Notes: a model not told the origin generated them from the sequence alone. DNA of 64,000 nt from Candidatus Limnocylindrales bacterium (GCA_035559535.1 DATMBG010000051.1:186001-250000), one strand, 5' to 3'. Positions 30,900 through 40,937 are shown, numbered from the stretch's first letter. Numbers and translations are program-made.

Positions 30900-31223
30900 T
30901 TATTTTCCATGAATAGAAAGATAAAGAGCTATTTTAATGCTGGCCAGGGCAGCATAAGAAAGTTGGATTGACTTGAGGTGATCTTCAAGACCTTTAGCAT
31001 TCTCATGAAGCTCTTTTGCTTTTTTAATGGAGTCTTTGGCGTTTGCCAGCTCTTTCATCACCCGGTCTTTAACGCCAGGTGCTGCCTTGGCTGCAAAGAA
31101 TTCGGCTTCAGGAAGAGCTTTTTCTGCTGCACCATAAATATCCGGACATTCGTACGCGTAGGCAGTGCTTATCGTAACCAACCCAAAGAAGAACAGAACC
31201 GCAAAGGGAGTAAGTTTTTTCAT
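30900..31223 (-). CDS. Small exported helical protein
   Basis: Signal peptide ending AYA, mature N-terminus YECP; RBS GAGGAG. Confidence 0.75.
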   Translation of the reverse strand: MKKLTPFAVLFFFGLVTISTAYAYECPDIYGAAEKALPEAEFFAAKAAPGVKDRVMKELANAKDSIKKAKELHENAKGLEDHLKSIQLSYAALASIKIALYLSIHGK

Positions 31224-31480
31224 TACGATATCTCCTCGAGACCTTCGTACGCATGGGACTATCGCCTGGGACGACAGGGAAATACGTACGGCTTTTTGTG
31301 TAACTGCATTTAAGTTAATTCAATCGATTGTCAAGAGCTTATCCGAAGAGTCTTGATCTTTCCAGGCTACGCGTTCAATAGGCGGATTTTCCTGGATAAA
31401 CTCTACAGAGGAGGTCCTTGCAAGACTAGCTCCTCCCAGTGAAAATGATCTGAGGCAGCCTCCTCAGTTAATTTACACTG

Positions 31481-31882
31481 TCAAAAAGTGGCAGCCTCTT
31501 CAAAGAACTTGATATCTACTACATCCAAACCTTTTTCTCTGGCGCTGTTAGCTACTTTCTGGATCACCATCTTCCGGACAAAGGGAATGGGAATCCGACT
31601 TACCCGATGCACTACCTCTTCTGTACATCGAATATTGGTCCCTTCTAAGAAAGGCCCGTTGACCCGATCTATCTCGGTATGCTCGCAGGTCTCCGGGACC
31701 AGTTGCTGGAGCCGAAGCGAAACATAGTCCGTGATCCATTTTTTCAGGGTTTCTTCCCGGGAAGAGATTTTTTCTTCCTCCTTTTCCAGCTTCTGATGGA
31801 TCTGGATCAATACCTCCTCTAACCGTTGGAGCCGATCTTCAATGGCTTGTAAACGACTTCCTACGTTCAGGTCTTCCATCAA
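31481..31882 (-). CDS. Coiled-coil protein with C-terminal PCP_red-like domain
   Basis: C-terminal TEEVVHRVSRIPIPFVRKMV..KV...AREKGLDVV resembles the WT.EA..RL..IP.FVR pattern; RBS AAGGAG. Confidence 0.75.
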   Translation of the reverse strand: MMEDLNVGSRLQAIEDRLQRLEEVLIQIHQKLEKEEEKISSREETLKKWITDYVSLRLQQLVPETCEHTEIDRVNGPFLEGTNIRCTEEVVHRVSRIPIPFVRKMVIQKVANSAREKGLDVVDIKFFEEAATF

Positions 31883-32201
31883 GCTACTCCTTCCAACTAT
31901 CCTGATGAATAAAAACCTCGGTTAACCTTACGGTTGCATTCATCTGGAAAAACTTGTATGAATTTAACTGAAGGGATCAGGTAATAACCTCGTCAAGCTA
32001 TTCATTAATAATAAATAAGCTCATTTAGATATAAATTTTTTCCCTGAACTTGTCAAGAAAAAGGGGGCTTAAAACTTTTCACGAAATAAAATTTCTAAAA
32101 TCTCACTTTGAGTTCTTTATTCCCCTTGACATTTGGGGGGAGAGAGTTATATGAAGAAACAGCCTTATCCCTGAGTATTTAGAGAGAAAAAGGAGAGAGA
32201 T

Positions 32202-33602
32202 ATGAAACGAGTTTACAGACTTTTAGGTTGGGGACTTTTTACAGGCTTTTTACTTTTCGGGGCCGATTGGAGCAAAATCAGCTCTGCGGATATAACTATT
32301 AAAAAGAAATCTCAAGAAAGTTTGCGCTCTTCAGAATCTCAAAGGGCTCCAACTTGGTCTAAATCTCGAAGGATTTCTCCCCAATCCGTAACGACGAAGA
32401 AATCTAAATCTGTTTTTAAAGAAGGTCAGATTTTATATGTCAAAACAGAGGCTGCAAATTTAAGGGCGAGCCCCGTAGAGAACCCCGGTAATATTATTGA
32501 CAGGTTGGTTCGGGATACAAAGGTTACTTTTTTAAGGGGTGAAGGGAACTGGTCCCTGGTCCAACTGGAGGATGGCCGAATTGGATGGATCGCTTCATCC
32601 CTTTTGATCCCTAAAAAAATAAAACAAGAAGAGATCCAGACGACAGAAAAATCCCGACCTCAGAAGAAAGCCGAAGAAGTATCTAAACCCCCTTCGTTCT
32701 CCCCTCGAGGGGTATTTCCGGCTCCTTCTCCCTTCAAAGAGAAATCGGAGGAAGTACCTCCGGCACCTCCCCCCAAGCAGGTCTTAATCCCTCCTCAACC
32801 CAAAGTGGAATTTCCTGTTCAAACAGAAACCAAACCTTCCGGTCAACCCGATGTGGAATCTCCCATTCAAATAGAGACAAAATCTTCCGATCAACCCGAT
32901 ATGAAGCTCTCAAGAAAAGTCAGAACCCCTGAAGATATGGTCTTTATTCCGGCCGGAGAGGCTACCCTGGGAAGTAGTGAGGGGGAAATTAATAAAATTG
33001 CTCAGCGTCAGGGCGTCGACCCCTCTGAATTGGCCGATGAAAAGCCCCAACGTCAGGTCTTCCTCAAAGGCTTCTTTATGGATAAATACGAGGTAACCAA
33101 TGCCCAATATAAAAAATTTGTCGATGCCACCGGGCATAAACCCCCTCGCCATTGGGAAGGAAATGTTTACCCGTCTCATAAAGCCGATCATCCGGTCGTT
33201 TATGTTTCCTGGGAAGATGCGGCAGCCTATTGTAAATGGGCGGGGAAACGGCTTCCTACGGCTGAAGAGTGGGAGAAAGCGGCCAGGGGATCTGAAGGAT
33301 TTATCTATCCCTGGGGAAATGAGTATGGAGGAGAGAAAGTCAATCTGGTCAATGCCGGTCGAGGTGATACCTCTCCGGTGGACGAGTACCAAGGAGACGT
33401 AAGCCCCTACGGAGTTTACGATATGGGCGGTAATGTATCGGAGTGGACCCGTAGCTGGTATGACTCAGATCAAAATAGCTATACCCTCAAAGGAGGGTCC
33501 TGGTATACTGAACTCTATACAGCCCGTGGAGCCCATCGTAGCCCGGGTTTGCCCGAATATGAGTTAAATATCGTTGGATTTAGATGCGCCAAAGATCCCT
33601 AA
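32202..33602 (+). CDS. Exported SH3b + Pro-rich linker + FGE-sulfatase (SUMF1-like) domain protein
   Basis: ANLRASP...GNWSLVQ...GWIASSLL (SH3b); MDKYEVTNAQY, HPVVYVSWEDA, RLPTAEEWEKAARG, GNVSEW, GFRCA. Confidence 0.88.
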   Translation: MKRVYRLLGWGLFTGFLLFGADWSKISSADITIKKKSQESLRSSESQRAPTWSKSRRISPQSVTTKKSKSVFKEGQILYVKTEAANLRASPVENPGNIIDRLVRDTKVTFLRGEGNWSLVQLEDGRIGWIASSLLIPKKIKQEEIQTTEKSRPQKKAEEVSKPPSFSPRGVFPAPSPFKEKSEEVPPAPPPKQVLIPPQPKVEFPVQTETKPSGQPDVESPIQIETKSSDQPDMKLSRKVRTPEDMVFIPAGEATLGSSEGEINKIAQRQGVDPSELADEKPQRQVFLKGFFMDKYEVTNAQYKKFVDATGHKPPRHWEGNVYPSHKADHPVVYVSWEDAAAYCKWAGKRLPTAEEWEKAARGSEGFIYPWGNEYGGEKVNLVNAGRGDTSPVDEYQGDVSPYGVYDMGGNVSEWTRSWYDSDQNSYTLKGGSWYTELYTARGAHRSPGLPEYELNIVGFRCAKDP

Positions 33603-33646
33603 AGGAAGAAGAATAAAAGGGTAGGTCACTTAGCCCCGGCTTTCTC

Positions 33647-35098
33647 CTATTTTAACTTATCCAGGTGCTCCTTTACCACCGGGTCCTGCGGGTTGGTTTG
33701 GAGGTATTTGCGGAAATACTCAAGGGCCTGATCCCGATACCTGGCTTCTCGTGTCTTTTGATAACGGATTTCAAAGAGTAAACCCAGATTAAAGATGGGA
33801 AAATCGCTCTTCTCCTGGATATGTAAAGCCTTTAGAAAGGCTGATTCGGCCTCGTCGAGTCGATCGGTCTCAGCAAAAACTACTCCGAGATTGTTATGGG
33901 CATGGGGATTTCCCGGTGCTTGCTCCAGTACCGCCCTGTAAGCTTCCTCGGCTTTTTTTAAAGCAATCCAATTGCCGCTTTTCTCTTCACCTCGCACCAG
34001 GAGATTCATCAAATCTAACTCCACCTCTTCCACATATGAGATGAGAAAATCATCCGGTTGCGTAGAACTCCAGTACTCTAGATGCCGGGCAATACCAAGC
34101 CCTAAACGAGCGGCAGAACTTTGAGGCAGAATCGAGAGAATGGATTCAAAAATAACTGAAGCCGTTTCATAATCTCCACGCTCCAGGGCTTTCACCCCAT
34201 CCGGGAAAAGTTTGACAATTTCATGGGCCTTAATTCTAAAGATTTCCAGTTGTTCCAGTCGCTTAGATAAACTCGGATGAACTTCTGTCTGGCTTTCCGA
34301 TCTGGCTCCCTGATCGGGAGTCTTTATCACATCCTGTTCGGCAGAAGTATCCAGCAGAAACTGATCCCCATAAGCCAGTTTAAGCTTCTCCAATAATCGA
34401 AGGGCCCCCGAGAATTTGTAACCTGTCCGGAGAGCATAAAGTACCCCAAACTGATCGGCTTCGATTTCCTTAGCCCTTTTGATATTCAGAAGGTAAGGTG
34501 AAAGGACTTCGTTCAATTCCATAATTAACCGGGATCTTTCCAGGAAATCTGAAGCGTCCAGATTCTCAAGGATTTTTCGGACATGCCGGGTCTCTTCCTC
34601 ACTATTTAGTTTATAATCTGCGTAATGGCGGAGTGCGACATGGGCAACTTCGTGCCCTATTACAAAGGCAATTTCATCATCTCCCTCACAAAAATACTCC
34701 AGCAAACCCTGGGTGAGATAAATATACCCTCCGGGAAGGGAGAAAGCCTGGGGGCGTAAAACTCCCCGGATCACCCTAAAGGTGTAGTCTAAATTGGGAC
34801 GCTCGGAAACTCGGACGATACGCTCTCCAATTTCTACAACTTTTGGATTCACCACTACTTCGTACCCCTTACTCCTCAAGGTATTTTCAACTTTTACAGC
34901 CGTTGCCTTTCCGGCTATTTTCTCCTCAAAAACGCTCAAGACGATCAGCTTTTTACCTTCTGAATCCATTCCCTCCTGGGATAATGGCAGGTCTATAGCC
35001 CCTATCGAGGTTTGAAAGAACCCAAAGAATAAGTCAAGGAGCACGAAAACAAGAAAACTCTTCGCTAACTTGCCTCTATAAATTCTCCTCATTTCCAA
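33647..35098 (-). CDS. M48-family Zn metalloprotease with C-terminal TPRs
   Basis: AFSLPGGYIY, GHEVAH (HExxH), EIEADQFG, HPSLSKRL, TPR-like AHNNLGVV; N-terminal signal/TM. Confidence 0.9.
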   Translation of the reverse strand: MEMRRIYRGKLAKSFLVFVLLDLFFGFFQTSIGAIDLPLSQEGMDSEGKKLIVLSVFEEKIAGKATAVKVENTLRSKGYEVVVNPKVVEIGERIVRVSERPNLDYTFRVIRGVLRPQAFSLPGGYIYLTQGLLEYFCEGDDEIAFVIGHEVAHVALRHYADYKLNSEEETRHVRKILENLDASDFLERSRLIMELNEVLSPYLLNIKRAKEIEADQFGVLYALRTGYKFSGALRLLEKLKLAYGDQFLLDTSAEQDVIKTPDQGARSESQTEVHPSLSKRLEQLEIFRIKAHEIVKLFPDGVKALERGDYETASVIFESILSILPQSSAARLGLGIARHLEYWSSTQPDDFLISYVEEVELDLMNLLVRGEEKSGNWIALKKAEEAYRAVLEQAPGNPHAHNNLGVVFAETDRLDEAESAFLKALHIQEKSDFPIFNLGLLFEIRYQKTREARYRDQALEYFRKYLQTNPQDPVVKEHLDKLK

Positions 35099-38000
35099 TC
35101 CCCCACCAGGACAAAGGGAGCCCAGAAAAAAGGATGCGATAAGGATAAATCCTTGACTGTTCTTCTCCCATGGGTTATGTGCTGTCCCATGACCATCAAA
35201 GAAGCTTGGCGCAACGCTTCTGCCCGGGTTTTTGTTTTAAGGTTTTGATAAAACTGGTACATCAAAATCGGAGTTGCAAAATCGCTAACCCTCCAGAGAC
35301 TGGATAAAACAGTCGGAACTCCGGCATACATAAAGGCTCGATTAAAAGCTATAATCTCATCCCCGGATACCAGAGTTTCCATCTCCTGGGAAGTAGAATC
35401 TTGAGGTAAAGAGGTCTCGCAGCCACTCAGGGTTACTAAATTCGCTTTTAAGCTCAATCCCAAGACCTGACTGACATAGAATCTCCCATCTCCTGGATCC
35501 TCAGAAGCCAGTTCCAGGTAAGATAGCAAAGGTTTTTCCTTGTCATAGACACTATGGGTAGCCAAGTGGAGGATCTGATACGATGGGGAAAGTTTCATAA
35601 ACCGTTCCTTTGAAGCCTCGGAACCTTGATAAAGAGTTACCTGTGAAAAAACCCTGGATAGGGACTTAAGTTCAGCTTCTGCACCCGGTAAGTTTCCATA
35701 GGGATTTCCCATGGCTAATAACTCACCTGGTACAGGATATCGTTTATTTTCCAGGTTTTTTTCTCGAAGCAACGGCAACAGACTCAACGAAGGAAGATAA
35801 AACACGGCATAGTCCTGGATAAGGTATCTCTGATTCTTAAGGGCTGCAAAGGGTATAAAATTCAGGATTTCATGGGGAACAATCCCAAGCACCTTCTTCC
35901 CTGCCAGAACTTCTTCAACAGGAGCTATCAGAGCTTCATGAAGTTTCTTAGCAGGGTCTACAAAATCCCGAGAGGGCCCTCCCTCTGCCCTCCCCGCGGG
36001 CGGAGAGATTCGGGCCTTCACCGAAGAACGAAAAGCCAGAACCTCCCGGGTCATTATCTCTCGGCTGATGGGAACTTCTCGATAAACCAGCCGCTCCTTC
36101 GTTACCACCCAGATATAAATCTTTTCTTCGTCTAAAAAGTACTCTATGATGGCTACCTCTGGATCTAGTAAGGCTCTGGCTTTGGTCATCATCTCTCTAA
36201 GCTCTTCAGCCTTGACACTTTTTAGATGAGCATAATCCGGTTGCGTCAATTGAATCCGAATCCATAATTCCTCATATCGGTTTTTAGCAGATTCCAGTTC
36301 CTCTTTGAGTTCCAGGAGTTGTCGATTCAGATAACTCTCGGATTTCAAGTTTCGCGTCTCGGAGGAATCCTTAGAACCCGGTGGATTAAAGCGATAGGCC
36401 GGATCACTTTTACTTGAAACCTCATTCAAAGGGGTATCTAAACCTGTAGAGCCGGACTCTAGGAGACTGGATTGAGAGAGAAGATTAATTTGTCGATGTA
36501 AAAAGCGAATTTCGGCAAAAAGTTCCTGTTCTTCTACCAGGAGTGGACTTCCCTCTTTTATTTTAAGGGAAGGTCCGCTTAAGAGCGTTTCTAAGAAGGT
36601 TCTGGCTCGAAATCTTTCCAGGTAAAATAAAGCTTCTTCCACCTTACCTCTTCTCAGAAGCAGGCGGATGGTATCCCTATAAAGATTCGATTTCTGTTGT
36701 GTATATAAACGCCGAATATCTGCTTCCTCCAGATTAGCCCGTAGACTTTCTACCTGATTGATGGCATCTAAAAAATTCTGCAGGGCCATTTCTTCTTGGC
36801 CCATTCTTCCATAGACAAGCCCAAGCCGGTGAAGTAAATGCGCTTCTATATGAAGACGATTTTCCCGCCGTGCAAGCTCCAGCCCCTTCTTATAAGCGCT
36901 CAGGCTTTTCTCCCAGTCTCCGATCAACCCATAACCATCTCCCATATATCCCCAGGTTTCCATAACTCCCTGTGAATAGTCCGTCCCTTCGTAAAGAGTC
37001 AGGGCTTTTTCAAAATTTTCCAAAGCTGCTGCGCCTTCCCCTTGATCTTGTGAAATTAATCCCATCCCCTGTTGAAGGTCTCCTTCGAGTAAAGGCAATG
37101 TGAAAGGTAGATCGGTTCCCAGGTGCTTCAATTCTCTGACGAGCTCAAGCCCTTCTTGAAGAAAATTTTTTGCCTTAACCCAATCCTTTTCCTTTCGATA
37201 TAAAAGAGCCAGATTTTTGAGGGTTATAACCAGCCCGATCTTATCCTGGATTTCCCGTCGAAGCGTTAAGGAAGACCGATAATAAGTCTCGGCTCGATTT
37301 AAATCCCCTAATTCATTAAATAAGTCCCCCATATTGCTCAGGGTTACTGCCTCACCTTGTTTATTTCCTATTTTTTGATAAAGATGCAAAGCCTCCCAAT
37401 ATTGCTCCAAAGCCCTGGAATAGTCCCCCAGACCGGCATAAGCAAGTCCAAGATTGACCCGGGCATTACCCTCTCCATAGACATCACCTTGTTGTTGTTT
37501 TATCTCCAAAGAACGACGTTGATTCTTTATAGATTCAGTCAGGTTTCCTAAGAAAAGCTGGGTAAGGCCAAGATTTCCCAGGGCAAAGGCCATCTTATCA
37601 GTGCGTTGAAGGGTTTTATAGATCTCCAGGGCTTCTTGTTGGACTTTCAAAGCGTCCCGGAGTCTTCCCAAGTTCACATAGATAGCGCTTAGATTCATCC
37701 GGGAGTCCGCAATACCTTCAGGATCTCCTAACTCCTCCATAAGGGCTAAGGCTTGATGTTGAGCCTCCAGGGATTTTTTTAACTCTCCAAGGTTTCGATA
37801 GACTACCCCGATTCGTCTCAAAGCGATGGCTTTCTCTCTGGTTTTACCTAGCCGATTATAAAGTTCCAGGGCTTTAAATTGAAATTCCAGGGAAGTTTGG
37901 ATTTGCCCCAAGCGTCGGTAGATGACCCCCAACTCGCTCAAGGTTTCGGCTTCCAGAAACAACTGACCCTCTTTATGAAAGAGATCCAGAGCCTGGTTAT

Positions 38001-38211
38001 AAGTATCCCGTGCTTCCTGGAGTTTGCCGGCCCTGACCAACTGTTTTACCTGGTTAAAATATTCAAGTCCAGGACTCTCTCCCCCTAACCGGCTGAAATT
38101 TCCCTCTTCACCCGGCGCAACCGCTATCCACTCTATGGTTACCAATAATAACAGTCCTATAAAATTGAATCGCCGAGTTTTAGGTTGGAGGCCTGTCAAG
38201 GGTATCAACAT
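35089..38211 (-). CDS. TPR-repeat CHAT (caspase-like) protease
   Basis: Many TPR units, IVPHEILNFIPFAAL, catalytic ILHLATHS and LVTLSGCET, SLWRVSD, HPFFWAPFVLVG. Confidence 0.93.
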   Translation of the reverse strand: MLIPLTGLQPKTRRFNFIGLLLLVTIEWIAVAPGEEGNFSRLGGESPGLEYFNQVKQLVRAGKLQEARDTYNQALDLFHKEGQLFLEAETLSELGVIYRRLGQIQTSLEFQFKALELYNRLGKTREKAIALRRIGVVYRNLGELKKSLEAQHQALALMEELGDPEGIADSRMNLSAIYVNLGRLRDALKVQQEALEIYKTLQRTDKMAFALGNLGLTQLFLGNLTESIKNQRRSLEIKQQQGDVYGEGNARVNLGLAYAGLGDYSRALEQYWEALHLYQKIGNKQGEAVTLSNMGDLFNELGDLNRAETYYRSSLTLRREIQDKIGLVITLKNLALLYRKEKDWVKAKNFLQEGLELVRELKHLGTDLPFTLPLLEGDLQQGMGLISQDQGEGAAALENFEKALTLYEGTDYSQGVMETWGYMGDGYGLIGDWEKSLSAYKKGLELARRENRLHIEAHLLHRLGLVYGRMGQEEMALQNFLDAINQVESLRANLEEADIRRLYTQQKSNLYRDTIRLLLRRGKVEEALFYLERFRARTFLETLLSGPSLKIKEGSPLLVEEQELFAEIRFLHRQINLLSQSSLLESGSTGLDTPLNEVSSKSDPAYRFNPPGSKDSSETRNLKSESYLNRQLLELKEELESAKNRYEELWIRIQLTQPDYAHLKSVKAEELREMMTKARALLDPEVAIIEYFLDEEKIYIWVVTKERLVYREVPISREIMTREVLAFRSSVKARISPPAGRAEGGPSRDFVDPAKKLHEALIAPVEEVLAGKKVLGIVPHEILNFIPFAALKNQRYLIQDYAVFYLPSLSLLPLLREKNLENKRYPVPGELLAMGNPYGNLPGAEAELKSLSRVFSQVTLYQGSEASKERFMKLSPSYQILHLATHSVYDKEKPLLSYLELASEDPGDGRFYVSQVLGLSLKANLVTLSGCETSLPQDSTSQEMETLVSGDEIIAFNRAFMYAGVPTVLSSLWRVSDFATPILMYQFYQNLKTKTRAEALRQASLMVMGQHITHGRRTVKDLSLSHPFFWAPFVLVGDWK

Positions 38212-38366
38212 CCCCTTTATCCGAACCCGCCGATCCCCAAGTAGGAGTCGAATCTCTCCTCCCCTAGAAGGGATTTAGAAAATTTTTCCGGCAGGCTTCA
38301 AGCAGGGACAAAAAGGTTATTCCACAAAGAGAGGAGTTTTCCAAGTAAGTAAGTTAAAATTGTTTA

Positions 38367-38395
38367 TTGACACTTTTTCCGGTTCGGTATATCCT
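38367..38395 (+). promoter_or_regulatory. Near-consensus sigma70 promoter about 700 nt upstream of the J-domain gene
   Basis: TTGACA-17 nt-TATCCT. Confidence 0.55.
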
Positions 38396-39094
38396 GACCT
38401 ATACCTGGTATATTTATTGCTTATAAATTTATAACGATATTTTATGCACCACTGTATAACACGTTAGTCTGAACATCTAGAATTCTAAAATTCCCCACCG
38501 CGCTAGTTTTCATGGGATGGGGTAACGCAAAGAACTGTGAAAGTCTCGTCTACTCTTTGTTTTTAGCTAAAACCCGGAAGTAAGAAAACACGGTTCCAGA
38601 CAAAAACGGAATGTATCATTTTTTACCAAATTTTAAACGCAGGCTACTCCAGGTCTTCCCTTCAGCTCCCCGAGGAGTAGACCTGGAATATCTTGCGATT
38701 TTACAGATCCTTCCGAGGGTTTAGCAAAACTGCATGCAAAGGTATGACCCGGATAAATAGGAATTTTATAAACGCAGGTTAACGTTTGTAAGTTCATACA
38801 AGATTTCTGTTCCCGATGCAAGAAAAATATGTAGGAAATCTTGTGGAATTAGTGATCTATTGAATTCTTATTAAAAGTAAGAAATATAAAAAAAGGTGAA
38901 TTTTTCTATCCAGCCCATTTAGCGGCATTATTTTCAATTTCCAGATAAATGAGGGGGTATCTTCACCCAGAGCTTACAAGGATTTCCCTTTTTTATAAGA
39001 TGTGAGGGAGTTATTGTAAGAAACTCTTTGCACCTACTTAGAACTTTCCAGAAGGTAATAAAAGAGTAGGCTCTGTGAAGAAGCCATCCTGAAA

Positions 39095-40843
39095 ATGAAC
39101 CTTATACCACTTATTAATCTCTGGTTGGGCTTTCCGTTTTATATAAAATTCTTAGGAGTAATAGGCATTTATAGCGTTATTTGTTTTTTGACCTATCAAA
39201 TCGGGCGGATAAATATTCAGATAGCTCAACAGATTCCCCTTAGGGAAGGGGCTTTAAGAGTTCATCTGGCTAATGTAGGTATTCTCCTTCTATCTGCCGT
39301 GGCAGGTTCTTTGGGATTAGCCTTGGGTCCACTTCTTACCTCTTTTCCTTACAACTTTCAGTATGCGATCAGCTTAGTTCTAACGGGTCTTTTTAGTTTC
39401 TGCACCGTCTATAGTATGGGAGCTTTTCAACCTGGTATCCGGGGAACTCGGGTTTTCGAAACCACTTACCTGAGGAGGGTAGTGGAACTTCCCATTATCT
39501 TTTTCAAGGCCTTATATCAATTAGTAAATCGAGTCCTTCATGCAATTTTGGCTCCTGGTCAGGACCTTTGGGGACTTTTTATCGGGGTGAGCCTTTTGGT
39601 ATTACTCCCCTATGGTTTTGTATCTGGAGAGGTATTTCTGAAAATTGTATGTTTAACCTTAGGGGGTATGGGACTCACCCTATCCTTTTCAGAAAGTCTC
39701 ACGAAGCTCTTTAACCACTCTTTTTTCCCAGAGTCTGTCATACATAAACACCGGGTGTTACAACTGATACTCGGGGCAGCGGGTTTTTTCTTAAGTATTC
39801 TGGTCTCAGAGGTCTCATTTGTTCTGACGCTTCAGTCTTATTATCTAATGGTAAGTGGGATAGCCGGTTTTTTTATAGGAATAGGAGTAGGTATTCCCCT
39901 CACCGAGACCCGGTTTTACCAGCAGCAACTAAGTCGAGAGCAGGAGCGACAAAGACACATTGAAAAATCCGATGTGGAGAAATTACTCGCCAGAATCCCT
40001 CGGCATATAGAGGATTATCGTCGACTAATTTCTTCTCATCCTGATACTTCTGCCCATTCCCTTTTGACAGAGTTAGAGGAAAATTTTCAAGCCTTAAAGA
40101 CGGAATTTCTCTCCCAGCCAACTTCTTATCAGAACCTCAAGGAGAGGTCTATTCGACTGGAAAATCGATTAAAAGTTCTGATTCGAGAGGTTTACCAGGG
40201 TCACATTGCCGGAGGAGGAAAGCCTGCTCCATCGGTTGTGAACTCCTCTACCCGGACCAGGCAGTATGAACCGAAGGTCCAGCACGAAAATGCCAGAGAA
40301 CCACAGGAACAACCATCTGGAAGGACGTTTACCCCACAGACCCAGATAGGGCAGAAAAGTTCCCAGGGAGAGTCCGAGATTTCTAAGGAAGCCCTTCAGC
40401 AGATCCTTTCAACGACCCGGATGCTGATCGATGAACTTAAAATCAAAAATGCAGGTGGAGGAGCCGTCTTGAGTAACACCTTAGCCCTGGAGGCCCGGTT
40501 AAACGGCTTACAACGGAAGTTAGAAGGACGACGGGTCGCCCTAGCTACAGCCTATATGGAAGCCTCCAAGCTTAAAGAAACGGTAGAAATGCTTAGCTAT
40601 GCTGTGGCGAGTGAAGAATCCGCCGAAGTCATAAAACCACTGACCGAGGCAGAATGCCGTGAGATCCTCAATGTAAAGGTAGGGGCGAGTAAAGAAGAGA
40701 TTAAAAAAGCTTATAAAGAGCTGGCCAAGCTCTACCATCCGGATAAGTTTGTTAATAGCCCACCGGAAATGAAGGAAAAGGCCGATAAAGCATTTAAGAA
40801 AATTAACGAGGCCTATCAATTCCTCATGGGTCAACCGGAATAA
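39095..40843 (+). CDS. Polytopic membrane protein with C-terminal DnaJ (J) domain
   Basis: Multiple N-terminal TM helices, helical linker, EEIKKAYKELAKLYHPDK...FKKINEAY. Confidence 0.88.
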   Translation: MNLIPLINLWLGFPFYIKFLGVIGIYSVICFLTYQIGRINIQIAQQIPLREGALRVHLANVGILLLSAVAGSLGLALGPLLTSFPYNFQYAISLVLTGLFSFCTVYSMGAFQPGIRGTRVFETTYLRRVVELPIIFFKALYQLVNRVLHAILAPGQDLWGLFIGVSLLVLLPYGFVSGEVFLKIVCLTLGGMGLTLSFSESLTKLFNHSFFPESVIHKHRVLQLILGAAGFFLSILVSEVSFVLTLQSYYLMVSGIAGFFIGIGVGIPLTETRFYQQQLSREQERQRHIEKSDVEKLLARIPRHIEDYRRLISSHPDTSAHSLLTELEENFQALKTEFLSQPTSYQNLKERSIRLENRLKVLIREVYQGHIAGGGKPAPSVVNSSTRTRQYEPKVQHENAREPQEQPSGRTFTPQTQIGQKSSQGESEISKEALQQILSTTRMLIDELKIKNAGGGAVLSNTLALEARLNGLQRKLEGRRVALATAYMEASKLKETVEMLSYAVASEESAEVIKPLTEAECREILNVKVGASKEEIKKAYKELAKLYHPDKFVNSPPEMKEKADKAFKKINEAYQFLMGQPE

Positions 40844-40937
40844 TTAAGAATCTACAAAGGGGGTTCATCCAAAGAATCCTTAAGAAGGTTTCAAACTTTG
40901 AGATTCTGGGGGGACCCCTAATGGATAATATTTTACC

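Noticed and set aside
33450-33602. DGR variable region in the FGE/C-lectin-fold C-terminus
   Set aside because: No template repeat differing at adenines and no reverse transcriptase in the window
35089-38211. Craspase (type III-E CRISPR-associated TPR-CHAT)
   Set aside because: No cas7-11, csx30/31 or array nearby, and the protein appears to be exported
38500-38760. c-di-GMP-I riboswitch
   Set aside because: GCAAA-like words are present, but the GGCAAAC...GAAA...GACGCAAAG architecture cannot be assembled
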